Below, piece after piece: positions 50,880-63,393 of a DNA stretch of 64,000 nucleotides; position 1 is the stretch's first letter, and every line of letters starts with the position of its first letter. The notes under the pieces were generated by a model, which made no database searches, was not told where the DNA came from, and worked only from the letters and a program-made list of their open reading frames with translations. The stretch is taken from positions 69,564,001-69,628,000 of the forward strand of contig CM060732.1 in assembly GCA_030704615.1 (NCBI GenBank), written 5' to 3'. Origin of the DNA: Takakia lepidozioides (lineage: Eukaryota > Plantae > Bryophyta). The translations under genes were made by a program, and so were the position numbers.

Positions 50880-52760
50880 ATGAATTTCGGCACCGAAATC
50901 TGGATGAACATCTCTGTCATGTAACAGCTTTGGAAGCCAAGGGATGAATTCTGGCAACAGAAATCGTAATTTGTTTACCTCATAAAACTGACCAAGCACC
51001 CAACGGATGGATTTCGGTGCCGAAATTCGGATGAACTTCTTCTTCATTAAATTGTATCTGCACATATGGGTTGAATTTAGATGCCAAAATACGGATAAAT
51101 GTGTTCCTGATTACAGTCGTGATTGACCACGTGTCCGGATATCGGTGCCGACTTCCGAATGACAGTAATCCTGATTCGGCAGAATGGATGTATTTCGGCG
51201 CCGAAATTCATTCTTCATCTCCTTTTCCGACCCTAATTCTGCTGCCCTGCGTATGGATTTCGGTGCCAGAATTCATCGGAAGTCCTTTCTGTTTTTATTT
51301 TTCTTTGCGACAGATGAACTTTGGCGCCGAATCTCATCCAAGTACTCCCTTTTAATTTCCCTTTTTCTTCGAGAGCAATGAATTTCGGCGCCGAAATCAA
51401 ACCAAAATCCTCTCGATTTTTTTTTTTCCTTCGCGAGCATTGAATTTCGGCGCCGAAATTCATTCCAAGTCCAGGAGATATTTTTTATTTTCCTTCGCGA
51501 GCAATGAATTTCGGCGTCGAAATTCATACGAAGTCCTCCAGAAATTTTTTTTTCCTTCGCGAGCAATGAATTTCGGCGCCGAAATTCAGACGACTTCATC
51601 CCTCCAAATTCTTTTCAGGGTTTTAGCGGCGGATTTCGGCGCCGAAATTCATCCAATGCCTTCCCTCCAATATTTATTTTTCTTTGAAATGGATCAATTT
51701 CGGCGCCGAAATTCATCCTTACTGTCCGCAATGAGTAACTCTAATATTACATTTTCTATGCGACGGATGAATTTCGGCGCCGAAATTCGTCCAAACCCGG
51801 CACTTACTTTTTGGTTTTGGATGATAATTTTCCGTAAATCTTTGGAAATACCCCGTTCCGACGAATATAACAGGAATATTCTGCATTTAATGGAGAAATC
51901 GGCATATTAAACCACTTCTGTCAAAATTAATTGCATTTTAGCCGTTTTTTTTTCGTTTGAAACCGACAGTATCCATGAAGTGGTCTTTTTCGCACGGGAC
52001 GTTGCCGCACATAAAGTATAATTTCGGCGCCGAAATTATAGTTAAATGTCCAGAAATGGCAAGTCCAACAGTCATGGACAGCATCCGTCAGGGGCAATGA
52101 TGGCGGCAAAGCATAGCATCGTGCAGATTTAATCTTCGCTCTGGATGAATTTCGGCGCCGAAATATGGATGATTTCACCTCGTCTACGCGCGGACGCTCA
52201 TATTCGTAATGAATTGCGGCGCCGAAATATGGATGGAATGTGCCGAAGTGCAGCCGTTTCCGTTGTCCCGGAATTGATTCCGGCTCCGATATCCCACCGA
52301 CAGGTTTGCTCATGACGAATGAGGACTTGCGAAGCGATGAATTTCGGCGCCGAAATATGGATGATTTCACCTCGTCTACGCGTGGACGGACATATTCGTA
52401 ATGAATTTCGGCGCCGAAATATGGATGAAATGTGCCGAAGTGCAGCCGTTTCCGTTGTCCCGGAATTAATTCCGGCTCCGATATCCCACCGACAGGTTTG
52501 CTCATGACGAATGAGGACTTGGAAAGCGATGAATTGCGGCGCCGAAATTTGTAAGTTTGTGTATGAAAGCACTTGAATAGGATGAATTTCGGCGCCGAAA
52601 TTCATCCGTCCGCTGATGAAACGTACCGACCTGACTGTTGAATGTCATATGCAGGCGATTTTCATGGCGGTTGGGTTTCATGATGTGCGGATATTTCATT
52701 CAATGCCGGCTGCTCCGGGAACCGCATCCGGTGAACGGAACGTATTTCGGTGCCGCAATT
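50880..52760. repeat. Central array of palindrome TTTCGGCGCCGAAA between the divergent genes
   Basis: Starts at 50885, 51012, 51193, 51258, 51319, 51383, 51445, 51509, 51571, 51634, 51698, 51772, 52022, 52150, 52214, 52342, 52406, 52534, 52587, ~52745. Further copies at 45440-45900, 58426-58700 and in introns; mirrored at 19620-20880. Confidence 0.95.
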
Positions 52761-53269
52761 CGGATAAACCGTCATACACTGGTGGCTGGAACTGGCACGC
52801 GTCGTGTTCCAGTCGACTTCATCCGTGCGAACGTGTCAGGGGTCACAATCTCTTCATCACCCATACGGCAGAAAGTGGTGGACGGTGGCAACGCTTCGGG
52901 AGACGTGGCTGCTTACGCATCTGCTCGTGCATAGTGGTTGCATGTTCCACCGCTTCGCTCTCTCGCTCCTTGCCCTTCTGCAGTGACGTTCTCCTGCGTT
53001 TCCTCTCCTTATGCGGCATAGTGGTAGCATAGAGTTTGTGGAAGGTCAGGCAACTCCGGCAAAGAGGAGGACGCGGGATTTTGGGAAGCCGCCGACGACA
53101 CGACTTAAGCTCCGTCTCATGCATGAAATGCAGACGTCGTTATCCGGAGACTCGGATCGCCCACCAGTGAGAGATTCGTGCTTCGCGGATGTGAAGCACT
53201 CCATACGCAATATTCCTTTGACACCTTTGTTTTGGCGTGCAGTGTCTCATGTTTTCCTGTTTGTTTGAC

Positions 53270-56200
53270 ATGGGAGCTGGGGAGGGATCGCAGGGGGGCG
53301 AGGCAACACAGTCAACTTTGGATACTCCTGCCCGGGTGCTGCGCTCACAAGGTGGAAGTGCATCGAGGCAGACGAGTCCTCATTCAACACCTCAGATATC
53401 GCCTCCGAAAAGCCCACCTAGAGTTCGGAAGCCGAGAAAGCAGAAGGAGCCCATGGCTTCGCCAGTAAAACCCCTAGGGAGACTGGAAGCGGAGGTATTG
53501 GGTTTGCAGTCAATTTCAGAAAACACAGATGCGGTGGAGGCCGCTGGAGATGTGGGAGTCGGATCTGCAGAAGGGCGGCCCATTCAACTGACAGAAGGAG
53601 AGGACGATAACGTGGTACGACTTGGCGACGATCAGAACCTGCTGGATCTTGCGGAGGAGCAAAACCTCCAGGATAGTACACAGGCTGGTGAGAGGGGTGA
53701 GGGAAGTGACAGAGGTGATACAAGTAAGAAACTGGTGGCGGGTATGCTCATGAGCGCACGAGACATGAACATAGCAGCAAACAGGTTGCTGGCAGAGACT
53801 CATAGCAACATAGGCCGCGTTTTGGGCTCCATGGTGTATCCCGAGAACCTTAAAGTTCCTTTGTGTCGCATGGTAAGCCTTCCAGTTGTAAGGCAAGCAC
53901 TGCCAGGGGATATCGATCGACTGAAGCACAACTTCAGAGAAGGGTACAGACGGGGGTCGGCAGCATTCTACGTTTCCATTGAGAATGACCAGGGTGTCAC
54001 AAGGGGCCCCACTGCAGAGGAGCTTCAGAATTGGGGCCCCCACTGGCACACTGTTAATGCCGAGTTTGAAGCCTATTGAAGACTAATCCCACATTCGCAC
54101 ACATGGAAGGGAAGATGTTCTTCGTTTGGGACGGGAACCACAGGATGCTTGCCTGGACAGAGTACATTGCTGAAATGCATCCGCAAGATATCAGTTGGCA
54201 TTACATGGTGGACTGCATTGTCGTGAAGGTGGACGTCAGGGACAGAGGACTGTTGAAGGGTGCCATGGCGGATATAAATCTGTAAGTATACAATTACATC
54301 CTTGTGTACTGCCTATTGCGGCGCCGAAATAGGCAATGTTCACCACTGTCATGCACTCTATGAATTGGAAATTGGATTGCTGTGCCGAAATCATATTTTC
54401 ATGTTGTTTTTTTTCCATGGCAGGGTAACAGAGAGGGCCTTCGTGGAAACTCATCTGGCACATACGCTCTACAGAGTGCAAGAAGTGGGGACAGCTCCGC
54501 TGACGGACTTCCAAAAGTCCCTCGATCCCGAGCTGTACAGGAAGTCCCTAGCGAAAGCAGATCGCACCTGGTACCGACCAACACTGGACGCCATGGTGGA
54601 GATCCTCTATTCGGTGAGGTTCATCTCAAATTTCAGTATCAATTTAATGTTATTTGTTGCAAGGATCCGTGGCCTGACTATATCTGCTGGGTATGGGAAT
54701 GCAGACGAACATCAGGGATGACTTGGCCTATGCCAAAAGGCAGTTCTTTGAGAATGATGCCCCCAACAAGGCGGACGCGTCGATAGAGAGTCATATTGTG
54801 CAGGCAGGGAAGCAATCCCGGACCAAGTACAGGTCCAAACTTGTTAAGCAAGTTGCAATCGCTGACCCTGGTCTTGGTGCCGAGTTCCTGGCGGAGATAG
54901 GACTGCATTACTCCAGACCCATGAAACCGGAAATGTCCATGGAGAAACTTCATCACATCGCAGTGTCCTGTGTTGAGCCGGCGGAGAAGGTAAGCATGTG
55001 TTTATTCTTGTTTTGTGACTTCTCGCGATTCTTATGTTGGAGCTCTTGTCTGACCGATGTGAGGTGGCTGCAGACGAGGTGGCTGCGAATCTGGAACGGC
55101 CATACAAACACGAAGCTGCTGTACCACTTTCCCATCGAGCCAACAGACGACAAAATGAACGACTGGCTCAATGTCATGACTTGGTGGCATCAGGTATAAT
55201 TTTCTCCTATTCTGTGTTGGACATCGTCGCAATTTCAAAATCATGAATGTTTTGGAAACCTGCCATGATGCAGGTACTGACCCACGCCCAGGAGCAATTG
55301 GACTGCAACACCACCACTTTCAAGTTACAGATCGACTGGACGAAGCCTGAGACAATGGAGAACTACGTGCAGTCGTGGCGAGGGCGCTTCGCAAACCTCT
55401 TTTTCAGAGAAATTGCAAAGGCAAGACGCAGCGTATACATCGAAGAGCAGGAGGGTGCCGACAAAGCGGCAATGCGTGTCCTGTTCAGGTAATCTGCTGA
55501 CAATGCATCCCCCTATTTGCAGTTTAGATGATTTGGTTAAGCAGCGATGGATATTGCGGCGCCGAAATATACCTCTGCAAGATGTGAGTTCTGGGTAATT
55601 GGGGCACGGTCCACTCCGTATTTCGGTGCCGAAATACCTTGTGCATTGACAACTTCCACTTGCATGATGCATCGGTAGAATGATTTTTGTTGAACTGCCT
55701 CGTGATTGCAGGTACATAAACTTTGCACTCATTCCGTCCGGAGCCATTCAAAGGGTTCCACCATTCTTCCTGGCGTGGAGGACACCTGGAGGTCGTGGAA
55801 CGATGTACACAGAAGTAATGGCGAAGGAGTGGCATGCCGAGCATTTGGTAAACTGCCCCTGGTATGTGGATCTCCCAAGTGGGACCGTTGACCTCTCGGA
55901 GGTTAACTTGAAGAAGGAAGCGAATGCCAGGGCTATGAAGGCGCAATCGGATCCCCAACCAGAGGACGCGGAAAGACTGAAAGCAGAGGAGGCAGCCAAG
56001 CAGAAAGCACTGAGAAAGTCAGCCAAGGCGGCAGCGTTGGCGAAGGAGCAGATGGAGAAGCAGGCAGCTGAGCAGCCCAAGGACAGGAAGAAAAGAACGC
56101 GCAAACAGGGGCAAGAGACGAAGACCCCCACACCCAAGAAGAAGAAGCAGCAAAACAGTCAGCCAGATGAGGAGGATTCGGACGACGATTTCCAGCAGGA

Positions 56201-58176
56201 AAACACCCAGGGGGCCACACCTCGTCCGAAAATTCACAAGGGCCAGCGCTCCGGGGGGTCGGCTGCAAAGAGATCACTATACGAGGATGCACCTGGCAGA
56301 CCCTACCGTGCGGTGCAGATTGCGGGCAGGGAAGTCCTCAAAACACCCACAATTGTGGAGTGTGTTAATGAAAATTTCCTAACTGCTCTGACCAGAAGGC
56401 TGGAGATAACGAGTTTGAGGAAGGCGATCGAGGCCCACCAGGGGAAGGGGAAGAGGAAGGCCACTGGCAATGATATGGAGGACACTCCTGGCTACACAAA
56501 GATGATGGAGTATTTTGTGGCGATGAGCCACGGCAAAAAGAGCACAGTCGGGGGCAGGGCGGTGAAAGCCTCCATCGACATGATCCTTGTGGATATCCCG
56601 GATGGGCAGGAGATACTGGGGCTGGGCTCAGTTCCCTGGTGGAACAAGTACGACGAACGATACTGGAGCCACACATTCGGGTTCGCAGCCAACATGTTGG
56701 ACGACGTTGGCTGTGTTGTTGTGCTAGCAGCCGATGGAGAAGTCACTGAGAATGATATCAAAGTATGGACGGGGAGAAGTGCAGCACCCATCCTGAAAAA
56801 GATCTGGACTTGCATCAACACGCAGGGTCTTCTCAACGATGGCCAGAAGGTATGCTGTGGTTCTCCTCTGCTATGTCAATTTCTTGGCCAAAATTGCCCC
56901 TGTACATGTAGGCCACCTCTGACGTTTTCATTTCCTTCTCTGCAGACTCTTATCTTTCAGGCATTTTGCTTCGTGAAGGAACATTCGAAATTCAAATTAC
57001 GTGAAGCAGGAAGACTTGTTGATTCCACAGTTGATCCACTGGAGTATAACGTCCTGTTCAACCATGTGGGAGAGAAGGACATTCTTTGTGATTTGTCGGG
57101 CAAGCCATGGAGGTATGGCAGGACCAGGAGTCCTGCATTCATCCAGACGCTCATGGAAACGTGTACGGATGTTGAAGGCAGGGTCCTTGACGTCACTGCA
57201 AATACAGGTGAGAACGTTAATTGAATGCGGCACTGAAATTGACACCATTTCCGTTTCTGTATGTTTGCTTGTGCGAGGAAGCGACTCATTCTTGAGTTTG
57301 GCTGTGGTTGTCGTATGAATTCGCAGGTGCCTGTATGTGGGCGGGAAGGATGTCGAACCGATTTGTGTTCTCATTTGAGGGGGATACGGCCTTGTACGAT
57401 TACAATTTGGCGGGCCTTCAGCGTCTGCCTCCGACTGAGGATCCCAAAAACGCAGAAGAGGACGTGGAAGGAGAGGAGGAAGATGAAGAGGAGGAAGTCC
57501 GGGAAATTCGTTCGATGCAGGGGCGCCCGAAGCCGCTTCCCCCAATGCCTGTCTTCGAGTGAGTTGCACCATAGTAAGTGTATTGGTTTCGGTTGTAGGG
57601 ACCATGCAACCTGCCGATGATTCCCTGTTTGAATTCTCTAATGTACTTCATTCTATGTTTGTGCGTACACTCAGCCTTGCAGAGTCGTCCGACGAGGAGA
57701 AGCTGGGAGACTTGCTCAAATCGGACCCTGTTGCAGAGGAGGAGACAGAATCGCATCGGCCATTCTTTGCCAGAAAATCGTTTCTCGCGAGTCCCCAGAA
57801 GCCCTTTTTTCTAGCAGCGTATGCAGACACGGCTGCCAAAGAAGCCATCAGGAGGGAGGATAGGCCTACTCGGTTAGAGCAATTGACATACGGGAATGAG
57901 CAGAGAATTATAATGAGGCGTGAGGCCAAACATAGAATTGTGAAAGGCAGAGTAGGGAAGTTCGTAATAGAATCCGCGTCCGAGAGCGAGGGGAATGTCG
58001 AGGAGACTTCCGCACCCAGGTGGACAGTTCCGGCTGGTGAGGATGGTATTTTTGAGGGGAGGGCTTCTCAGAGTAACAGCGGTAGCGGCAGTGCAGGTTC
58101 GGAGGCAGGTGGAAGGCAGCCATCCTTGCATGAGGGCGGGGATGCATCGGACAGTGATAGCGGATCCTCACCATAG
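53270..58176 (+). CDS. Multi-exon ParB/Srx-like domain plus beta-class N4/N6 DNA methyltransferase-like fusion gene (one frameshift at ~54076; true start uncertain)
   Basis: Approximate exons 53270-54281, 54424-54613, 54704-54989, 55074-55193, 55274-55488, 55712-56849, 56946-57208, 57328-57558, 57675-58176. ParB motif FVWDGNHRMLAW; MTase motifs SIDMILVDIPDG (motif IV position) and RSPAFIQTLMETCTDVEGRVLDVTANTG|ACMWAGRMSNRFVFSFEGD (motifs X, I, II). Confidence 0.75.
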
Positions 58177-61102
58177 CAAAGTCTCATTTGGATCCTTTTG
58201 TTGTACAGTTCTGAAACACTTAATGAATATATTGACGATTTGAAAAATCATTGTGTTCAGACTGCTTGTCCATTCCCTACATTTCTTCCGCCAACCAAAA
58301 TCTATAATAAAAGCAGAAGAGACGCAAACTTCAGTGAAGAACCCTACAAGTAATTTATGCACACCATCGACCCGGGAACTTGAAGCCATGAAAACCCTGC
58401 CGTTTCTAACATTCCTATTGGGAAATTTGGCGCCGAAATAGCCCAGTTTGCGCCTTCGTTATATGGGCCTCAAAAATTCCACGGATGAATTACTGCACCA
58501 AAATATTGCGATGGAAGCCTTCAGCACAAGGCACTTCACCACATTCCACTTGGGTATTTCGGCGCCGAAATTGCCCGTTCTGCGCCATTAAATACCGCAC
58601 TATATCACATTTTAAGAGGTAATTTCGGTGCCGAAATACCCCGGTGGATGTCTTCAAAACACCATTTTAGCACACTGCTCTTGGGAATAACGGCGCCGAA
58701 ATTCCTCATTCCGCATCCTGGACCAGGAGAAACAGACCCTATTACCGAGGTAAGAGGACATAACACCGTCAATAAAGGCAGGAAAATTCCAATTCCGCGG
58801 ATGTCCGCTCATGAGCTCATAGGCTCATAGGCTCATGGGCTCATGCGCTCATGAAATAGTAAACCTCATTTGTTGGGGACTTATGTCAAATCCCATGTTT
58901 CAACTACCCAATTGACAGCCTTGAGAGAGGAACTCAGGAAGGAGTTTGAGGCTCGACTAGCCACTGAGTGTGCAAACAAGGTCGATGAAGAGGTCACTCT
59001 CAAAATGCAGCAAGACTTGGAGAATACAGAAGCGGCTTTGCAATTGGCCATGGAACAATTGATTGAGGCAGGCCTCGCGCAAGACCAATTGCACGAAGCA
59101 CATAAGCAACAGCTATACCAAATGCAGGTGAAGCATGAAAGCAAGTTGCAAGAAGTGAATGCACTACATACGGAGTTGCAGACAGTGCATGACAGGATGG
59201 CCATACAATGTGCTACACTCACAACTATGCTTGACCAATCTACAAAAGAAATAAACAGTCAAGCAGAAAAATGTATGAAGGCAGAAGCAGAGAATGTTGA
59301 GCAAATGAAACTCATTGTCGATATGAAGAATACAATCTGTCGCAATGAGGATACTTTCAAGCAATACAGGCAAATTGAAGCTGATCAAGAGAGGCACATC
59401 CTGGAGTTGCAACAAACGATCATGGCCAATAGAAATGAAATCTCGGTCACTAACAAGGCTTGGAAGGAAGCCAATAATCTACTTGCTGCTTATGCAAATT
59501 TGGTTGAACCTCATGCGAAGCGCATGGAGGCTTTACAACAGCAATTGGATGTGTACAAAGTAAGAGAGGAGCACACTCTCAGAGGAACCACAAGCAACTT
59601 GGTGGATAACCACCTTATGCAGGTCTGGTTAGCACAAGGGCCAGTGGAGGGCACAGCACCACGAAAGCTCACCTAAAGCGAGATGAATGAGCTCAGACTG
59701 CAAGTGCAGAACGTTGCCACAACTACTATAGACAATGTCTATAGTAGAATAGCGGAGTTACAGGAGGATGTAGACGGACTGCAGACTCAAGTGGAGGACC
59801 TCACTTCAAATATCGACAAAAGAGTCTATATACCTGAGGAACAGCTAATGGCTTCTTATTTACAAGCCAGAACTTTGGCTTTTCAGTCTTCTTCACAGGA
59901 GGTGCAGGAGATGCCAATGATACAAGAGCCAGTGCCATCCAGCACCACAACAAGTCACTGTGCCAATAGCTGACCCTGTTGTTACTACAACCACACCACA
60001 GCCACCACAGTCTGAGGTATGGGGCAATGCTGCTTTTAACCCACCTAAAACTCCAGCTGCGAGGGAATACAGTAGGGCTATGATTATGCCCTTCAACCAA
60101 ATTCCCATCATGTTGGATTTGGCTTGGAAAGAATTTAGTTCTCCGCAATCATTGGCACATTACTACCAAATCATGCGCATTTGGCTGCCAGTGGCAACAA
60201 GGACTAAAGTTCTTCCCAACAATCGACCAATTGAGGATCATCACTTTGCACAATACTGGCATGAGGCAGGTACAATGTTGAAGGAATTAATTGCCTTCCA
60301 AGTTGTACATTGATTCATTTATACCAAGACCAAGGAAGTAGCGAGTATTGTCATGGGATGCGGGTTATACTACGCTGCTTGTTTTCTGGTACGTTATCAC
60401 ATTGAGCAGCAAAAGATGCAATCGTGCTTTCTGAGTTATTCCAGTGGGGATCATTGGGTCTTACCTTCAGTGCCACCTCATATGTACCTATATGAGGCAA
60501 AAGTTATGAAACAAAAGGATTCTCAAATTCGTTCATGGTTTCATGCGGCCTGGAACAATTTGTCAACACATAAATTTGGCATTGATGATATTTTCTATAA
60601 GGGACATGTGGCATGGAAATACTTGCACAATTCACAAGTCATTGGTACCCCACTCACCTGGACAAACAAGGAGCTCAGTGTCTTCACCAATTTTGCCGTT
60701 CAGCGTTTACAGCAAGTTTAAAAATATAAACTTCCAGACATGGTAGGACAACATTGTATGCCCCTGAGGATTCCACAAAAAGTTCGACAATCAAAACACC
60801 TGAGAGGCGATGAGGATTCTGATACAACTATTTCTTCAGCGGATTCTTTTGCCATGGGAGAAGACTATGCAATTCAGATGGCAGAGAAGAAGCGACGGGG
60901 GTCTCCTATGCCTGAAAGGTTACCTTGATATCAGCCTCCAGAGGGCCTCACTTATCCGGGTAGTGTTCAATCATCTCCGTCAACCAGTGACAGACCTCGG
61001 GCTCGTACACACAGTCCACCACGAAACTCTCAATGTCAGAAAGGTGCTCGATCACAAAGGTTTGCCAATCCCAATCAATAAACCGTGAGGACACGGCTTT
61101 TT

Positions 61103-61119
61103 GAGAGAGGAAGGGGTAA
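61103..61119 (+). other. Polypurine tract
   Basis: gagagaggaaggggtaa directly before the 3' LTR. Confidence 0.9.
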
Positions 61120-62121
61120 TGTTAGAGGACTGTCTGGGACTTAGACACTTATACGGGATCTGTGGGGTACCCTTAATTTTTGCACAGACTGAGACCAACA
61201 GGAGCCTTAGGGGTGACAGCAGCACACTTTAGAGAGGGGTTACACAGCCGTCACAGCCAACACAGCCCGTCACAGCTTCGCACAGCCCGACATAGCCCGA
61301 CACAACAACACAGCCAGTCACGCCCGACACAGCCCGACACAACCACACAGCTTCGCACAGCCAGTCACAGCCCGACACAGCCCGACACAGCCACACAGCC
61401 AGTCACAGCCCGTCACAGTTTCACACAGCCAGTCACAGCTTGACACAGCTGTCACGACCATAGGGAACGGATAGCAAGACAGGGAACGACTGAGGGGAAC
61501 AACATCTATGAATGGAACATGTAGTTCAAGGGTGACGGTTAGTGAGGGAAACGGTTAGAACAACGGGTAGGAAAATAAAGCGAGGAGCGAGGACAGGAGG
61601 CGGGGGACTTCTTGACATGACGGGGCGAGGGGACTTCGGACAGCACGGGGGGGGGGGGGGGGAATGAGGCAGAGAGCGTATCTCTGAGCAGAAAGAGGAA
61701 GAGCACGGAGTATGAGAAGTGACGATCTGTTGTTACTTGATGAATGCAAGCTATAGAATTGTAATGTAGAGTAGATTAGAGACACCATGGCTTCAGCCTG
61801 ATACTTGATAGATATTAATCTGATACACACTTCATACTCACACTGTGTAGAGAGATCTAAGTGAAGCTGTGGAATGAATGGATGAGTTGATGGAATCCGA
61901 TAGATTGATGAAGCAAACTGATACTTAATTATCAATAGTAAGGTAGCTAGCTAACATGAATGCGGAAAGGAAAATAAATAGGAAACACCCCCATGATACA
62001 CTAGTTGTAGGTCATGACTGATTGTTCTGAGCGGGCTGAGTACTTAGAGATTTCCAACTCTTCTATCTTGGAGTTTTCGCCTCGGATAGCGAAGGGATGG
62101 GTGAGTAAAAGCCGCGCGACA
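61120..62121 (+). repeat. 3' LTR
   Basis: Direct repeat of 35042-35999 followed by the TSD AAGGC. Confidence 0.96.
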
Positions 62122-63393
62122 AAGGCCCATTGCTTTTCCTGCCTGTGCTACAATTCTCCAACATGCGTGGGTTTAACAGAGTCTGCGCCTGAAATTTGAC
62201 TAACTGGTGGATGGTATGGCTACATCCGGTTGCGTACCTCTATCCTCCTTTGCTTGACTTGGATAGTTCATTTACAAAACTGCAATCGGACACCAACAAT
62301 ACAAGTCTCCATCTCTCAATGGTAATTAGTCTAGCTCCTTGGTGAAGATCCCTGGTATGGCGGACCGAAGCCTGGCCAACAGACAGCATTCCCATCATTC
62401 CCATCATTCCCCTCTCTACAGGAGACAAGCTGGTTCTGTACCCCATGTCAGGACACTAATCAACTCACTAAACAGAATATACCTCAGTAATGGCAGCTCT
62501 AAGCAATCTACCTTCGCTCAATTGAGCACATAAATGTGATTTGTAGTGCTGCCTGCCTAATTCTTCAGAGAGTTTGATAGTATCTCTCAACTTCATCCAA
62601 GCCCAAAAATTACTTGTGTGTATGATTTAATGCATGCAGTTCAATATGCAAGGATGGCTTAACTTTGAAGAGGGAATCAAGACAGTATGATAGCAGGTCT
62701 GCTGCTGTTCCACTTGATTGTCCCACTGTGTTTGGAAGGCTGTTAGCAACTCAGACTAGAATGGCGCCCGGCTTCAGCGTGTTGAGGATCATGTGCCTTG
62801 AGGAACATGTGCCTTATTTTTACAGCTATGATCTTCTCCACTTTCTTATCCAAAACGAGGGTGTGGAACTTTGAAAGGACCAGGAAGTATGACAAGTTGT
62901 AGGGTTTATGATGAGGTTTTGCCATATCTTCGTAGCCAGGCACCTTTGCCAACCAGTTGGTATGAGAAGGGGGAGGACAACAGATTGTGTGATCAGAGAG
63001 GAAGGCAGACACACTCCAAATAACAAGAAACCAATCACAGAAAGAAAACCAGACACATTAAATTGAAATTCCCCGCCTTGTGAAGTGATACACCACAGCA
63101 CTAGTGCGGGAATTCTAGTCACCAGGCACATTCAATTGAACAGTAACAAATTTGGCCACAGCCACAGCCTCTTCAGCCATAGCTTGCAGGATAGATTATA
63201 GATTATGAATTATAATCTACGGCCAAATAACAAAGCTACATACATACAAATTCCGAAAACAATCTCTCAGCTCACAAGCAACTTGTAATTCACATTGCTA
63301 CATATTTGAGTTACATAACCCAAGGGAGAATTGGACCCCATCCCGATAAGGGAAGTTGCCCGTCAACCATGGATTGGCTTGCAACATGCCATC

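Larger units (their letters stand above)
45175..58867. mobile_element. Mutator-like element with short imperfect TIRs, intact transposase and ParB-methyltransferase cargo gene
   Basis: Termini GGGGGGTTGCTATTCCATGAGC / GCTCATGAAATAGTAAACCTC; TSD atttgttgg (45166-45174, 58868-58876; 9-10 bp depending on the G-run); CATGAGC heptamer repeats at both ends. Confidence 0.95.
43842..60928 (+). pseudogene. Retroelement 3' accessory ORF (43842-45174 plus 58868-60928), Transposase_32/PMD-like plus coiled coil, split by MULE
   Basis: Rejoining the flanks gives ...GRTLNLLG|TYVKSHVST..., collinear with the uninterrupted 25170-25250; several premature stops. Confidence 0.75.
35042..62121 (+). mobile_element. 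Full-length Ty3/Gypsy non-chromovirus LTR retrotransposon (13.4 kb plus nested 13.7 kb MULE)
   Basis: TG..CA LTRs, 5-bp TSD AAGGC (35037-35041, 62122-62126), PBS, PPT, domain order gag-PR-RT-RH-IN, no chromodomain seen. Confidence 0.97.

Noticed and set aside
51071-52700. ORFs full of MNFGAEI / FRRRNS peptides (also 19525-20895)
   Set aside because: They are by-products of the palindrome read in several frames on both strands.
50880-52760. CRISPR array, or bacterial contamination suggested by ParB/MTase motifs
   Set aside because: The repeat is only 14 bp with related spacers; the gene has spliceosomal introns and lies within a TSD-bounded MULE nested in a plant LTR element.
57559-58176. 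Stand-alone 205-aa ORF
   Set aside because: A GT..AG intron at 57559-57674 joins it in frame to the MTase exon, so it is treated as the last exon (unconfirmed).
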